This document shows positions 19,677 to 29,587 of a DNA stretch of 63,786 bases, piece after piece. A program made the position numbers and the translations under genes. Position 1 is the stretch's first letter. The number at the start of each line of letters is the position of its first letter. The notes beneath the pieces were generated by a model. It made no database searches. It saw only the letters and a program-made list of their open reading frames with translations, and was not told the origin of the DNA. Source of the DNA: Pseudomonadota bacterium (GTDB lineage Bacteria; Bdellovibrionota; FAC87; UBA2466); NCBI GenBank assembly GCA_043767805.1, contig JAYUGC010000099.1, positions 1 to 63,786 on the forward strand, in the 5' to 3' direction.

Positions 19677-20618
19677 ATGACCAGCACGGAAGGCAACACC
19701 CCCAAAGTTCGGAAAGTGGTAGTCGCCGACGATAGCCCCGAGAACTTGGCGCTCCTAAGCGAAGCGCTGACTCTCGCCGGCATCGAAGTGCATTTGGCGG
19801 AAGACGGCGCGAAAGCCATTCCCCTCATCGAGCACGTCTCGCCCGATCTCGTGCTCCTCGACTACAACATGCCCAATTTGAACGGGCTCGAGACGCTGCA
19901 GAAGCTCAGGGCGAAAGAAAATTACGTGGCGGTGGTTTTCATCTCCGCCAACACCGACCCAAAGTTAATCGCCAATTGCCTTGCCGCTGGTGCCGACGAT
20001 TACATCCGCAAGCCCTTTCCTTTCGCGGAGCTCGTCGCGCGCGTGCAAGTACGCTTTCGCACCAAAGATCTCCACGACGCTTTGAGAGTCGCCAATCAGC
20101 AGCTGCAAGATTTGAGCGAGCATGACGACCTCACGGGTCTGTTCAACATGCGCTGCATTTACGACAAGATCGAGTTCGAGCTGCGCCGGGCCCGCCGTTA
20201 CGGCAGGCGCATGGCTTGCGTGATGATGGACATGGATAATTTCAAGACCATCAACGACGGCGCCGATCATCTTTTCGGAAGTTTCGTGCTTAAGCAGGTG
20301 GGCCGGCTCATCGCGCAGAATATCCGTGAAGTGGATTTAGCCGCCCGCTACGGCGGCGACGAGTTCCTGGTGGTGCTCACCGAGATCACCTCCGACGGCG
20401 CCGCGAAATTCTCCGAGCGCGTGAGAAGCGTTATCTCTAAGCACGAGTTTACCGACGGCAAGCACTCGGCCAAACGGACGGCGTCCTTGGGTTATGCCGT
20501 TTCCGAGGCGAGCGCCACCCTGTCCGCCGTGGAGCTCGTTCGCAAGGCGGATCACGCCCTCTACGAGGCGAAGCACGCGGGCCGAAATCGGGTCATCGGC
20601 CACCACTACGACAAATAA
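19677..20618 (+). CDS. REC-GGDEF dinucleotide cyclase with Hypr-type Ser (candidate cGAMP synthase)
   Basis: REC (ADD..LLD..KP), DDLTGLFN, DMDNFK, NDGADHLFGS, REVD I-site, RYGGDEF. Confidence 0.9.
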   Translation: MTSTEGNTPKVRKVVVADDSPENLALLSEALTLAGIEVHLAEDGAKAIPLIEHVSPDLVLLDYNMPNLNGLETLQKLRAKENYVAVVFISANTDPKLIANCLAAGADDYIRKPFPFAELVARVQVRFRTKDLHDALRVANQQLQDLSEHDDLTGLFNMRCIYDKIEFELRRARRYGRRMACVMMDMDNFKTINDGADHLFGSFVLKQVGRLIAQNIREVDLAARYGGDEFLVVLTEITSDGAAKFSERVRSVISKHEFTDGKHSAKRTASLGYAVSEASATLSAVELVRKADHALYEAKHAGRNRVIGHHYDK

Positions 20619-20698
20619 ACGCCTCGCGTTATTTTTGTTTACGGAGTCCCGTGCCCGGCGCTAGTTTGCCTCCTTTCCACGAGGGCTTGGGGGAGCAA

Positions 20699-21685
20699 AT
20701 GCAAAAGCTTGGCGTCACGGCGATCTTGGTTTTGGGACTTACTTTCGTTTCCGTGAAAGCCACGGCGTACGACCGAGTCAGCATCCTCAGAGAGATGGAG
20801 CCGCGGATAGCCTCTTGTTTGCGCCGGCGCGATACCGGCCACACCATCTTCCACGGTTGCGTCGATTGGCACTCGGCCGTTCACGCCCACTGGGCGCTCT
20901 TTAGAATCTCCCGGGTGCTCGGCGTGACGAGCGCTCTCACGCGCGAGGCGGAGCAGTCACTTGCTCCCGATAAGCTCCGGTTCGAAGAGCGCGCCGTCGT
21001 GGGTACCACCACCTTTGAAAATCCGTACGGGCGCGCCTGGTTTCTGCGGCTCGCCATTGATTTCGAGCGCTGGGCCGACGCTAATCACGAAAGTCAGCCC
21101 GCGCGACTTCGTCCTCTCGCCGAATCCGTGGCGGCAAGTATCCTCACGCATTTTTCGACGCATCCGGTGACTCCCGAAACGCCCGAGTACGACAATGCGA
21201 GCTGGGCGTTATATCAGGTCCACAGCTACTACGCCTTCATCCAAGACAACGCGTCTCTGCAGATCGTTCAGGGGATCATCGAGACGAAATTTCTTTTGCC
21301 CGCGCCCAATCTGACGTTTGCGGAAACGAGCCGCGGCTTCTTTTCGCTTTTCGGAAACTGGGCCTACCTCGTCGCCAAAACGCAGCCCTCCGCGATCTTG
21401 GAAGCCTTTCAACGTCAGCATCCGGTGGCGCCGATCCACACTCAGTGGCTTTACCCTTTCACGACCGCTCACAGTCTCGGATTGACCTGGAGCCGGGCGT
21501 GGGCGTTCTCGGCGCTCGGACGAACGGTCATGAGCCAGCGAGCGAGAGAGATTTACGCGTATGCGTTCAAGAGACACGTGGAGCACGGGATGAATAATCA
21601 CGCTCGCTTTAAGAACGACTACCAAGCGTATGGGCATTGGATTCCCCAGTTCGCCGTTTACGCGCTGACCGAAGCTTACGACTAG
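20699..21685 (+). CDS. DUF2891-like secreted protein
   Basis: FHGCVDWHSAVHAHW, FENPYGRAW, H..GL.WSRAW and Y..GHW motifs; signal peptide from ATG 20699. Confidence 0.8.
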   Translation: MQKLGVTAILVLGLTFVSVKATAYDRVSILREMEPRIASCLRRRDTGHTIFHGCVDWHSAVHAHWALFRISRVLGVTSALTREAEQSLAPDKLRFEERAVVGTTTFENPYGRAWFLRLAIDFERWADANHESQPARLRPLAESVAASILTHFSTHPVTPETPEYDNASWALYQVHSYYAFIQDNASLQIVQGIIETKFLLPAPNLTFAETSRGFFSLFGNWAYLVAKTQPSAILEAFQRQHPVAPIHTQWLYPFTTAHSLGLTWSRAWAFSALGRTVMSQRAREIYAYAFKRHVEHGMNNHARFKNDYQAYGHWIPQFAVYALTEAYD

Positions 21686-21801
21686 CCCGTTCCACAAAAC
21701 GTGGAACACATTGTTCCAAAAGTCATTGTGCCGTTCTCCTCAAATCTGTAGAACTTAAATCAGAGGCGGACCCAAATCGCCTCTGAACCAAGGAGACGGG
21801 A

Positions 21802-22374
21802 ATGAAACGGCTTACCCTCGCAGTACTTTTAGGACTCTCGCTTTCGAGCTTCGCTCGCTCGGGAATCGATATCGACGTAGACGGCGGACGGGATCGCGGG
21901 GACATCGCCCTCGGCGACGCCGTGTTCGGAGGCACGGCCTGCAACGGCCAAGATGCCGCGAAAGTTTTCATCGAAGAAGGAAAGCTCAAGGTAGCTTTCG
22001 AAGATTTCGGAGTGCAAGCCCGCTTCACTCGCTTGGAACGCGCCACCTGTCTCTTCTCGATTCAAGCCGAGTGGCCCGCGGGAAAGCAGATCGTCATCAA
22101 GAACGTAAAGTTGAAGGGCGCTTACGCGATTGGCTCCGGTAAAGCGGTGGCGACCGCCGAGCTCTTTACCACGGGTGGTGTCGGCCAGCCGGTGCAAGCC
22201 CAAGCCACCTCCGGCGCGGGAAGATTTCGCGAAGTCGAACCGGGCGAAGTGTACCGCTCGAGCTGCACGGGCTCAGGACTCCTACGCTTGAACTCTAGCA
22301 TTCGGCTCACCGGCTCCGGCTCGATGAAGCTCGACCGCCTCAGCGCCGAACTGAGTCTCGAAGATTGTCCCTAA
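21802..22374 (+). CDS. Secreted DUF4360-like protein
   Basis: RBS AAGGAG, signal peptide, GGTAC, RATC, SSC..LRLNSSI, C-terminal Cys. Confidence 0.7.
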   Translation: MKRLTLAVLLGLSLSSFARSGIDIDVDGGRDRGDIALGDAVFGGTACNGQDAAKVFIEEGKLKVAFEDFGVQARFTRLERATCLFSIQAEWPAGKQIVIKNVKLKGAYAIGSGKAVATAELFTTGGVGQPVQAQATSGAGRFREVEPGEVYRSSCTGSGLLRLNSSIRLTGSGSMKLDRLSAELSLEDCP

Positions 22375-22399
22375 TGGCTCGAACCATGGATAAACGAAG

Positions 22400-22444
22400 A
22401 GGGCTCTGGATCCGTTAAGGACCCAGAGCCCTTTCTCGTTTTTA
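22400..22444 (+). terminator. Intrinsic terminator
   Basis: AGGGCTCTGG...CCAGAGCCCT stem followed by a T-rich tract, between convergent genes. Confidence 0.8.
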
Positions 22445-22455
22445 AGCGAAGCGTG

Positions 22456-23430
22456 TTACCGAGCCTTCACGTGAAAAGGCGTAATCGAGACGCTCTGACG
22501 GCCGAGGCGCAAATCGCCGAAGCGTCGCTCCTCCTTGTAGCTCAAGAAGAAGTTGTAGCGGCCGTTCTCGAGCCGTTTCACTCCCGCCGCGTCGGTCTCG
22601 TTACCGATGTTCAACTGAGTGCGAGCGGGGGATCCTTCCCACATCGACCAGATTTCGATCCACTCGAACTTCGGCGGCTCGGCTTTCACCACCGCCGTCC
22701 AGAGCGAGCGATTCTCGTGCTTCTGAAACTGAGTCGACTTGAAGTCGTCGAACTTGAAAACGGGATTTCTCGTCGCAAACGACTCCCCGACGGAAGGCGT
22801 ATGCACGACGGGAGCCTCGGTGGACACCATATTGCTGACTAAGAACCAGCCTTCGGTGACGGCGCCGCCCGCGAGCTCGAGATGAAGCAGATAGAGGCCA
22901 TCCTCCACGGGCTTTGCTTTGCGCGGTCCATCCAGCTCGAAGTACGGGCCGTCACCCGGATCCACTTTGTCTTCCCATTCGCCGATATTGGCTTGTTTAT
23001 CGAGGAGAACGTGATCGGGGTAACGAGTGACTTTGAGCTGCTTGATGACGCCTTGGGTTTGCGTGTTACCGGAAACTTTCAAGGCGTAATCGTCTCCGTT
23101 TTCCCGCTTGTAGTAGCTGAGGGTCACTTTCATCTTGGTGATTTCAGCGGGCAGCTTCCAGTCGACCGGAATGCCGTTACCGCCTCTCAGCCGGTAGGCC
23201 TGCTCGAGAAGCGCGAGCCCGTTTTTCTGAGCGGTCTCGTCGCTCTTCGGATCTTTGAAGAGCTCTTTGAGCTCGGTGGCCATGCTGCGGATGTCTTTTC
23301 TCAAGTACGCTTCGTGAGCCCGGTAAAGGGGCTCGGTGGAAACATCGCTTGCGAACCAGGTGGCTTGGGCCGTTAAAGGAGCGAGGGTCAGGATGCCGAT
23401 TAGCGACAGCTTTGGAATGAGTCGTTTCAT
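22456..23430 (-). CDS. Secreted DUF2861-like protein (VxrC-like)
   Basis: Signal peptide then WF..PL..AH..YL, DWKLP, GLY; third gene of the kinase-regulator operon. Confidence 0.75.
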   Translation of the reverse strand: MKRLIPKLSLIGILTLAPLTAQATWFASDVSTEPLYRAHEAYLRKDIRSMATELKELFKDPKSDETAQKNGLALLEQAYRLRGGNGIPVDWKLPAEITKMKVTLSYYKRENGDDYALKVSGNTQTQGVIKQLKVTRYPDHVLLDKQANIGEWEDKVDPGDGPYFELDGPRKAKPVEDGLYLLHLELAGGAVTEGWFLVSNMVSTEAPVVHTPSVGESFATRNPVFKFDDFKSTQFQKHENRSLWTAVVKAEPPKFEWIEIWSMWEGSPARTQLNIGNETDAAGVKRLENGRYNFFLSYKEERRFGDLRLGRQSVSITPFHVKAR

Positions 23431-23433
23431 GAG

Positions 23434-24189
23434 TTATCTCCAGATTTGGGTTTCACTGTCCCCAGCTTGCCCCGGCTTTATTCGCGGGTTGTCATCGCTC
23501 AGCAAACAATCATCGCTAGTTCGGTCAATTTTCTTCGCGCGGAACCGGTAGCCTATCCCGCGGATCGTTTCGAAAGGCTCGTCCCCAAACTTCTGGCGAA
23601 GGGCCAGCACATGCGTATCGATGGTGCGCGAAGTCGGGTAATTGTCGTAACCCCAAACGGTATTCAAGAGCTCGTCCCGGGAAAAGACTTTGTCCGGATT
23701 TTCCAGAAAGACTTTCAGTAGCTCGAACTCCATTTTCTTCAAGGCAACCGATTGCCGGTTCCACCGCACTTCTCTCGTCTTTAAACAGAGCGAGATGCCC
23801 GCGCCTTCGAGGTTCACGTCCGCTTCCGGAGTTTGCTGTCTCAGCTGAACCCGGATGCGGGCCAGAAGCTCGCGCGGCTCGAAGGGTTTGGTCACATAAT
23901 CGTTCGCGCCTAGCTCGAGGCCCAGGACCTTGTCGATGAGCTCCGTGCGCGCCGTCAGCAGAATGACGGGGCAGAAGTTTCCCGCCTCTCGCCATTCTTT
24001 CAAAAGCTCGACGCCTTGCCCGTCCCCAAGTCTCCAGTCGAGAATGACGAGCCTGGGGCACTCCGCCATGCGAACCCTTCCTTCCGCGAGGGAGAGGGCT
24101 GGCACTACCTCGAAGCCTTCGAAGCGCAGAAAGCTGGCGAGGGATTCCATCAAGTTCGGATCGTCTTCGACGAGTAGCAACCGGGTCAT
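23434..24189 (-). CDS. OmpR-family response regulator (VxrB/WigR-like)
   Basis: LLVEDD, ILDWRL, GANDYVTKPF, winged helix RTIDTHVLALRQK..ETIRGIGY; ATGA overlap with the kinase. Confidence 0.92.
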   Translation of the reverse strand: MTRLLLVEDDPNLMESLASFLRFEGFEVVPALSLAEGRVRMAECPRLVILDWRLGDGQGVELLKEWREAGNFCPVILLTARTELIDKVLGLELGANDYVTKPFEPRELLARIRVQLRQQTPEADVNLEGAGISLCLKTREVRWNRQSVALKKMEFELLKVFLENPDKVFSRDELLNTVWGYDNYPTSRTIDTHVLALRQKFGDEPFETIRGIGYRFRAKKIDRTSDDCLLSDDNPRIKPGQAGDSETQIWR

Positions 24190-25721
24190 GCGGGACTCCG
24201 TATCCAAAGAGAAAAAGTCGTGGGCGAAGTTTGCAGCGTCAGCTTGCCCTTCATGAGAGTGGCGATGCGCGCGACGAGGGACAGCCCAATCCCCAGGCCC
24301 GAGGAGGATTCGCTTCGAGACAGCCCGCCTTTGAGGTCGTGCAAATCGTATTTGGTGACGCTACCCGCGTCGGAGACTTCCACCAGGAGGCCTTTCTTGG
24401 GGCGAGACAAGCGAACGCTGACCGGCGGCATTCCGTGAGTGAGGGCGTTATCGACGAGGTTTTTCACGCAGAGTCCCACCCAGTACCGATCGATTTGGAT
24501 GGCGGCGTCTTCGTTCAGCGCCACGAAGGTCAGCGTGCCCTGGTAGGGCTCGAGAATGCGCTCAAAAAAGCCATTTGCCGACTCGACTTCCACCAAATCG
24601 AAACGGACGCGGCGAGGATCGCTGTGGCTCTGCAAGTAACGGGTGCTCGCTTGGAGCACGCGGTTCAGCCGCTGAATCTCGTCGCTCATGCGAAGTACGT
24701 TGCTTTGCGCGGGAGGGGGCAGGGCATCGAAATGTCTCTTGAGGCTCTCCACGCCGAGCCCGAGCGTGGTCGCGGGCGTTCTCAGCTCGTGAGTCAGCAT
24801 TTGCAAGGCGAATAGCCTCGCTTCCCGCTCCTTGGCCCGCAGCCGGAGCTTCTGAACGATGAGGCCGAGCAAAGTCGCGGCAAGCAGGGCGAGAGAAGTC
24901 AGCAGGAAGAGAAGCGATAAGCGCCGAGAGGCAAACGGCAAGGCCTCGCGCTTTTTCCAGCAGATGTTGCCTTCCTTCACCAAACACCATTCGTCCGTCT
25001 TCCAGGGGACGGTACGAAGAGGCGTCTTCTCCAGGTGATGACTCCAGAGCGCTAGCGGATAGGCGAGGTATTTGGCTCCGGCATCGAACTTCGTTTCTCC
25101 GATGCGGCGAAAGAACACGTAGCCTTTCTGGAGGAAAAACGGGCTGTCTTCCAAAATGTTCTGAAGCATCTCGCGGGAGAGATTGCTCTCGATCTCCGTG
25201 ACGTGGAGGTAGGCGGAGTGGGCATCTCGCCAGGGTCCGTCGCGAAACTCCGGTCTGCCCGTCAGCTCGGCAAGCCTTACGAAGCTCGAGCCCGAGGGGT
25301 GTAAAAAGGGAGCCGTTTCGAAAAATTTCTTGGGGAGTAATTTGAGATCGCGGCAAACGAACCGATGCCAGGTCCAAGTCTTCTTGAGCTCAGCCGGAAT
25401 CGTTTCCTTTCGCGGGACGTCTCCGCAATCCTCCGCGTAACGATAGAGCGAGGCCACGGCCGAAACCGAATGAAGATGCGACTGGGGCAGGGAGGCCTTC
25501 GGCTGAATGAGCTCCGGGTAGCGGTTCTGCGGAAGCGCCGCGATATCGATGACGATTGGCGGGCGGTTCTTCAGAAAGCTCGCCTTTGCCTGCGCGATGG
25601 CGAGAAGGGGTTTTTCGGGGGGCGCCGAGGCGCGGCCCTCCCAATAAAACGAAATGGCCGCGCAAACGGCCAGACCCAGCGCGAGCCCAGGTAAACCATA
25701 AAACCTTCCCATGGTTCTCAC
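24186..25721 (-). CDS. Sensor histidine kinase with DUF3404-like periplasmic domain (VxrA/WigK-like)
   Basis: LYRYAEDC, HPSGSSF and C..KEGNICW in the sensor; QMLTHELRTP H-box; NLVDNA; GLGIGL. Confidence 0.88.
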   Translation of the reverse strand: MRTMGRFYGLPGLALGLAVCAAISFYWEGRASAPPEKPLLAIAQAKASFLKNRPPIVIDIAALPQNRYPELIQPKASLPQSHLHSVSAVASLYRYAEDCGDVPRKETIPAELKKTWTWHRFVCRDLKLLPKKFFETAPFLHPSGSSFVRLAELTGRPEFRDGPWRDAHSAYLHVTEIESNLSREMLQNILEDSPFFLQKGYVFFRRIGETKFDAGAKYLAYPLALWSHHLEKTPLRTVPWKTDEWCLVKEGNICWKKREALPFASRRLSLLFLLTSLALLAATLLGLIVQKLRLRAKEREARLFALQMLTHELRTPATTLGLGVESLKRHFDALPPPAQSNVLRMSDEIQRLNRVLQASTRYLQSHSDPRRVRFDLVEVESANGFFERILEPYQGTLTFVALNEDAAIQIDRYWVGLCVKNLVDNALTHGMPPVSVRLSRPKKGLLVEVSDAGSVTKYDLHDLKGGLSRSESSSGLGIGLSLVARIATLMKGKLTLQTSPTTFSLWIRSPA

Positions 25722-25746
25722 CTTATAGGGAGATCGGTGGCGGGAT

Positions 25747-25773
25747 GTCAGCTCTTTGTCAAAGGACGGTCAA
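25747..25773 (-). promoter_or_regulatory. Triple direct repeat, OmpR/PhoB-type box
   Basis: Minus strand TTGAC-N6-TTGAC-N6-CTGAC with an 11-bp period, just upstream of the kinase gene. Confidence 0.65.
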
Positions 25774-25858
25774 CGGCTGTGCGCAAAAGATTAACGCGAC
25801 GTGGTACCTATCGAAGCAAACCCTCATTTCCTCGTGAGTTTTCTCCGATAAGTCTCTG

Positions 25859-26974
25859 ATGAAGAGCGCCCAAAAAGAAACCAACTGGCCGAAGCAAAGC
25901 GGCTCGGCCACCGCCTTCACCGCCGGCGTTTCCGCGAACGAAACTCCCCGACCCAAGTTGGCTTTGAGCCGGCTTGCTTTCGGCCTCGCTTTTGCGTTCT
26001 CGCTTGCCGTCGTCAGTCACTGGACTTCGGGAAATATTTATCACCGTCATTTTCATCGCGCCGAATCCATTCATTTCCTCGAGACCATGACGACGGGGCA
26101 GTTCCTTAGTGCCGACGGAAAGAACCACCTTCCGATGTTTCAAAACCGCGTGGTCATGCCCTTTGCCTTTCGCGCGCTTCGTGCCGCGGGCCTTCGCTCG
26201 GACCCGGCCTACTACCTCCTGATGCTCGGAGGCGCGTTTCTCGATTACCTTTTGCTTTGGTATCTGTTCAACATCCGCCTCGGGGCCTCCGACAAGGCGA
26301 CGACGGCGGCGCTGCTCGTGATTTGCGTGAGCCGTATCTTGACCTATGCCCACGGGTGGGAGCACGCCTGCGATGTGCTCGACGTTTCGTTTCTCGTCGG
26401 TTACGCCGTGCTGGCGCTCGAGAAACGCTGGCTGCCGCTATTTGCCGTCGCGCTCCTGGGTAGTGCCAACCGGGAAAGCTCGGTCTTCGCGGGAGTGATC
26501 TGGATTGCGCTTTACGGGCTCGACGTAAAAGGGAAAGTGGTGCTGAGGGCGGTGGCTTTGGGCGGGGCCCTCATGGTGTCCTGTTACGCCTTTGTTCAGA
26601 TGCTCCGGATTTTCACCATGGGCTACGGTCCTTGGAAACAAAACGGCTACCAGGATTACGTTTTGCTTTTGAATGTGAAGTCGTTCTTCACCAAGTTCAC
26701 TTCGCTGGCCGGGCTCATCGAGCTTTCGATGCTGTGCGCTCTCTGTGTTCCCATCGCGGGCTGGCTTTGGCTGAACCGCGAGCATTTCGGCCATAGGGAA
26801 AAGCGGCTACTACTCGCCGGAGCCTTGGTCCTTGGAGCCACGCTGAATTTTGGCTTACTCTTCGAGACGCGAACGTTACTCGCGCCCATGGCGGTTTTCC
26901 TCGTCGCCGCTTTGTGCGCCGAGATGAAGTCCGCCCCTCCGCCGGCCATCGGCCGCGGCTATCCCCAATCCTAG
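25859..26974 (+). CDS. Polytopic membrane protein, probably GT-C-like glycosyltransferase
   Basis: About 9-10 TM helices, PMFQNRV loop, NRESS and ETR motifs. Confidence 0.6.
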   Translation: MKSAQKETNWPKQSGSATAFTAGVSANETPRPKLALSRLAFGLAFAFSLAVVSHWTSGNIYHRHFHRAESIHFLETMTTGQFLSADGKNHLPMFQNRVVMPFAFRALRAAGLRSDPAYYLLMLGGAFLDYLLLWYLFNIRLGASDKATTAALLVICVSRILTYAHGWEHACDVLDVSFLVGYAVLALEKRWLPLFAVALLGSANRESSVFAGVIWIALYGLDVKGKVVLRAVALGGALMVSCYAFVQMLRIFTMGYGPWKQNGYQDYVLLLNVKSFFTKFTSLAGLIELSMLCALCVPIAGWLWLNREHFGHREKRLLLAGALVLGATLNFGLLFETRTLLAPMAVFLVAALCAEMKSAPPPAIGRGYPQS

Positions 26975-28005
26975 TGACCGTAGAGCTGCAGGCGGCAATC
27001 GCTGGCGGCCGGCTTCTCGCTCAAGAGATAGCGGCATGCCTCGCCCAGGATGACGTTATTGCGCTCTCCAATCCTAGGATGGCTCGCGCCTCCAAACGAA
27101 CCTTTGGCCATGGCCGAAAGATTCACGACGACTTTATCGATCTTCTCGTCGGTGGTGAGCTTGGGATCTTCCTTTAGCGCTGCGACTAAGGAAACGGCTC
27201 CCCAATGATCGGCGAGGATCTCGTTGTCGTGAGCCGGAAGAAACGGTCCGTAATGGGAATTTAGACAGGAAAATAGAGGATCGTGCAGCCGCCGGAACGG
27301 GCTCGCGCGGGTGGCGCCGAGCAAATGGCCGAGCTCGTGAAACGCGGTAAACATGAGTGTGTCCGTATTCACCTCGCCGGTCCAAGCGAGCGTCCCTTTT
27401 TGTTTCGCAATGCTCGCCCGGAGCAGAGAGCCAGGACAGAAGGTAAAAACCTGGCGGCCGTTCAAATCAAAGGCGATGCCGCCGGCTATCAAGCCGTCGT
27501 GGCCACAGGCCTCGGGTACGAAATCCTGATAAAACGCCCGGCTCTTCTCCGACATGTGGTCGAAAGTCGTCAGATAGGTAGAGAAAGAAACGATGGAATT
27601 TTCATCGACCAGGGCACGCAGCGCCGCCTTCGTTTCCGCATCTCCCTCTTGAGCCTCTATCACTGAATGAATGGTGCGAATCAGGGAGGTTTTCTTTGTT
27701 TTCCAGTCGATCTTCGTTTCCAGCTCGGCGACGTAGTTTTTGAAGAAGGTCAGATAAGCGTCGTAAGGAAGACGAGTCGCTTCCTTCAGGACTTCGTCGG
27801 CTTTCCATTCGGCCGGTGCTTTTAGCTTCGAAAGGGTCTGATTCCGAAACGCTTCTATGAGCGGTTTCTTCGCGTCTTCTTCCCGGTCCGCATGGAAGAT
27901 TTTCGTGAGCTGGGAAATCTCCGACGTGCAGAAAGAATCCGCATCCGAGGCGGCGAAGGCTAATCCGGACAGAGCAAAGGCAAAGGTCAAAAGAGCGAGC
28001 CGCAA
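26971..28005 (-). CDS. Secreted zinc metallopeptidase (HExxH)
   Basis: RBS AAGGAG plus TTG 28005, signal peptide, HELGH..NEILADHWG..SHP..R. Confidence 0.75.
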   Translation of the reverse strand: MRLALLTFAFALSGLAFAASDADSFCTSEISQLTKIFHADREEDAKKPLIEAFRNQTLSKLKAPAEWKADEVLKEATRLPYDAYLTFFKNYVAELETKIDWKTKKTSLIRTIHSVIEAQEGDAETKAALRALVDENSIVSFSTYLTTFDHMSEKSRAFYQDFVPEACGHDGLIAGGIAFDLNGRQVFTFCPGSLLRASIAKQKGTLAWTGEVNTDTLMFTAFHELGHLLGATRASPFRRLHDPLFSCLNSHYGPFLPAHDNEILADHWGAVSLVAALKEDPKLTTDEKIDKVVVNLSAMAKGSFGGASHPRIGERNNVILGEACRYLLSEKPAASDCRLQLYGH

Positions 28006-28121
28006 TCGAAACTCCTTTAAGAGGGGAAGGGGCGCATTATAGGGATTCGGCCGCCCCAATTGAAGAGACAGGTTTTAAGTTGCCGAAATTGTGGTTATAT
28101 TTCCAGGTACTGGGGGACTCC

Positions 28122-29504
28122 ATGAAGCGCTATTTCGGTCTTTGGCTGATGACCTGTTTGCTCTCGGCGGGCCACGCCGCGCCTGACTGCGACACCCAAG
28201 GCGACATCGAGATAGCTCTGGGTTGCCTGACCGGCACGGCCTTCAGAGAAGTCCTTCCGGCCGATGACCCCAAGATCCCCGTCGGCTATCGGCGCTTCGA
28301 ATTGTCCTTCGAGCAACCCATCGATCATTTCAACCCCACGAAAGGCACCTTCCGGCAAAGACTCGCGCTTTTGCATAAGAGCTCGGCGGAACCGATAGTT
28401 CTGCAGACGAGCGGATACAGCATCTTTGGCGTCGCGCTCACCGAGCTCGCGAAAGTTTTCGACGCCAATCAGATTCAGGTGGAGCACCGCTTCTTCGATC
28501 AATCCGTTCCGGATGTGCAGGACTGGGCGAAGCTCGACATCGTGCAAACGGCGATGGATTTCCACCGCATTTCGCTCGAGCTGAAGCGCATCTACCGGGG
28601 GCGCTGGGTCAACACCGGCGCGAGCAAGGGTGGAATGACTTCCGTCTTTCATCATTGGCTCTATCCGGGCGACATGGCGGGAACGGTCGCCGACGTGGCA
28701 CCGCTTTCCTTTTCCACCGACGACCAGAGATACCCCAGGTTCGTGGAGGAAGCCGGCGGCGAACGCTACCGAGACTGTCGCGCGAAGCTGAAAGCCCTGC
28801 AGATAGGAATGCTGAAGCGCCGGAAAGAGCTGATGGCCTGGGTGCCGGGCTCTTTCGTCTATCTAGGCGGGAAAAGCGTTTCGTTCGAGCACGCCGTCAT
28901 CGAATTGCCGTTCGCGTTTTGGCAGTACGCCGATCCGGAGAATGCCGATCACGGCTGCGCGAATGTGCCCGATCCTGAAGCCAAGCCCGAAGCGATCATG
29001 GTGTTTCTCGAGGTCGTGAACTCGATGAGCTCTTACTCCGACACCGGCATTTTTCCGATGATGCCCTACTATTTTCAAGCCGGCGCTCAGCTAGGAAGCC
29101 CAGGCGTAGCTCTTTCGCACTTAACGCGGCTACATCCTTACAACATCGATCAGTATATGCCGCGCACGGCGAAATATCTCTACTCGAACCAAGCCATGAA
29201 AAACGTGGATCGCTGGGCGCGCACCAGGGCCGACCATATTCTCTTCGTTTATGGAGAATTCGATCCCTGGACGGCGGGCGCCTTTCCCAAGGTGAGCACG
29301 GCCGCCGACTTTCACTGGTTTCAGGTTCCGGGAGGCAATCACTCTTCTAAAATCTTCAAGCTTCCCCGAATTGATAAAGCAAAAGCCCTGGCCGTGGTGT
29401 CCGCCTGGATGGGAAAGCGCAATGTGCTGACCGAAGCTCCTCCGGGGGAACGGACGCTCGATGTCGTCGAGCTGGAGCACCGCCGCGCGGCTCGCGTGCC
29501 CTAG
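28122..29504 (+). CDS. Secreted S37/S28-type (tripeptidyl) aminopeptidase
   Basis: QPIDH..F.QR, VEHRFF, GASKGG nucleophile elbow, YGEFDPW, GGNH. Confidence 0.88.
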   Translation: MKRYFGLWLMTCLLSAGHAAPDCDTQGDIEIALGCLTGTAFREVLPADDPKIPVGYRRFELSFEQPIDHFNPTKGTFRQRLALLHKSSAEPIVLQTSGYSIFGVALTELAKVFDANQIQVEHRFFDQSVPDVQDWAKLDIVQTAMDFHRISLELKRIYRGRWVNTGASKGGMTSVFHHWLYPGDMAGTVADVAPLSFSTDDQRYPRFVEEAGGERYRDCRAKLKALQIGMLKRRKELMAWVPGSFVYLGGKSVSFEHAVIELPFAFWQYADPENADHGCANVPDPEAKPEAIMVFLEVVNSMSSYSDTGIFPMMPYYFQAGAQLGSPGVALSHLTRLHPYNIDQYMPRTAKYLYSNQAMKNVDRWARTRADHILFVYGEFDPWTAGAFPKVSTAADFHWFQVPGGNHSSKIFKLPRIDKAKALAVVSAWMGKRNVLTEAPPGERTLDVVELEHRRAARVP

Positions 29505-29587
29505 GGTTTCGTGAGATGTAGCTCGAGCACCTTTTGCCCTTCGGCCGTGTGATAGGGCAATAGGTAGCGAAGAAGTAACCTAAATGT

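Noticed and set aside
21689..21708. GTTCCAC-AAAAC-GTGGAAC as a parS site
   Set aside because: parS has no 5-nt spacer between half-sites; it lies right after a stop codon and is more likely a hairpin
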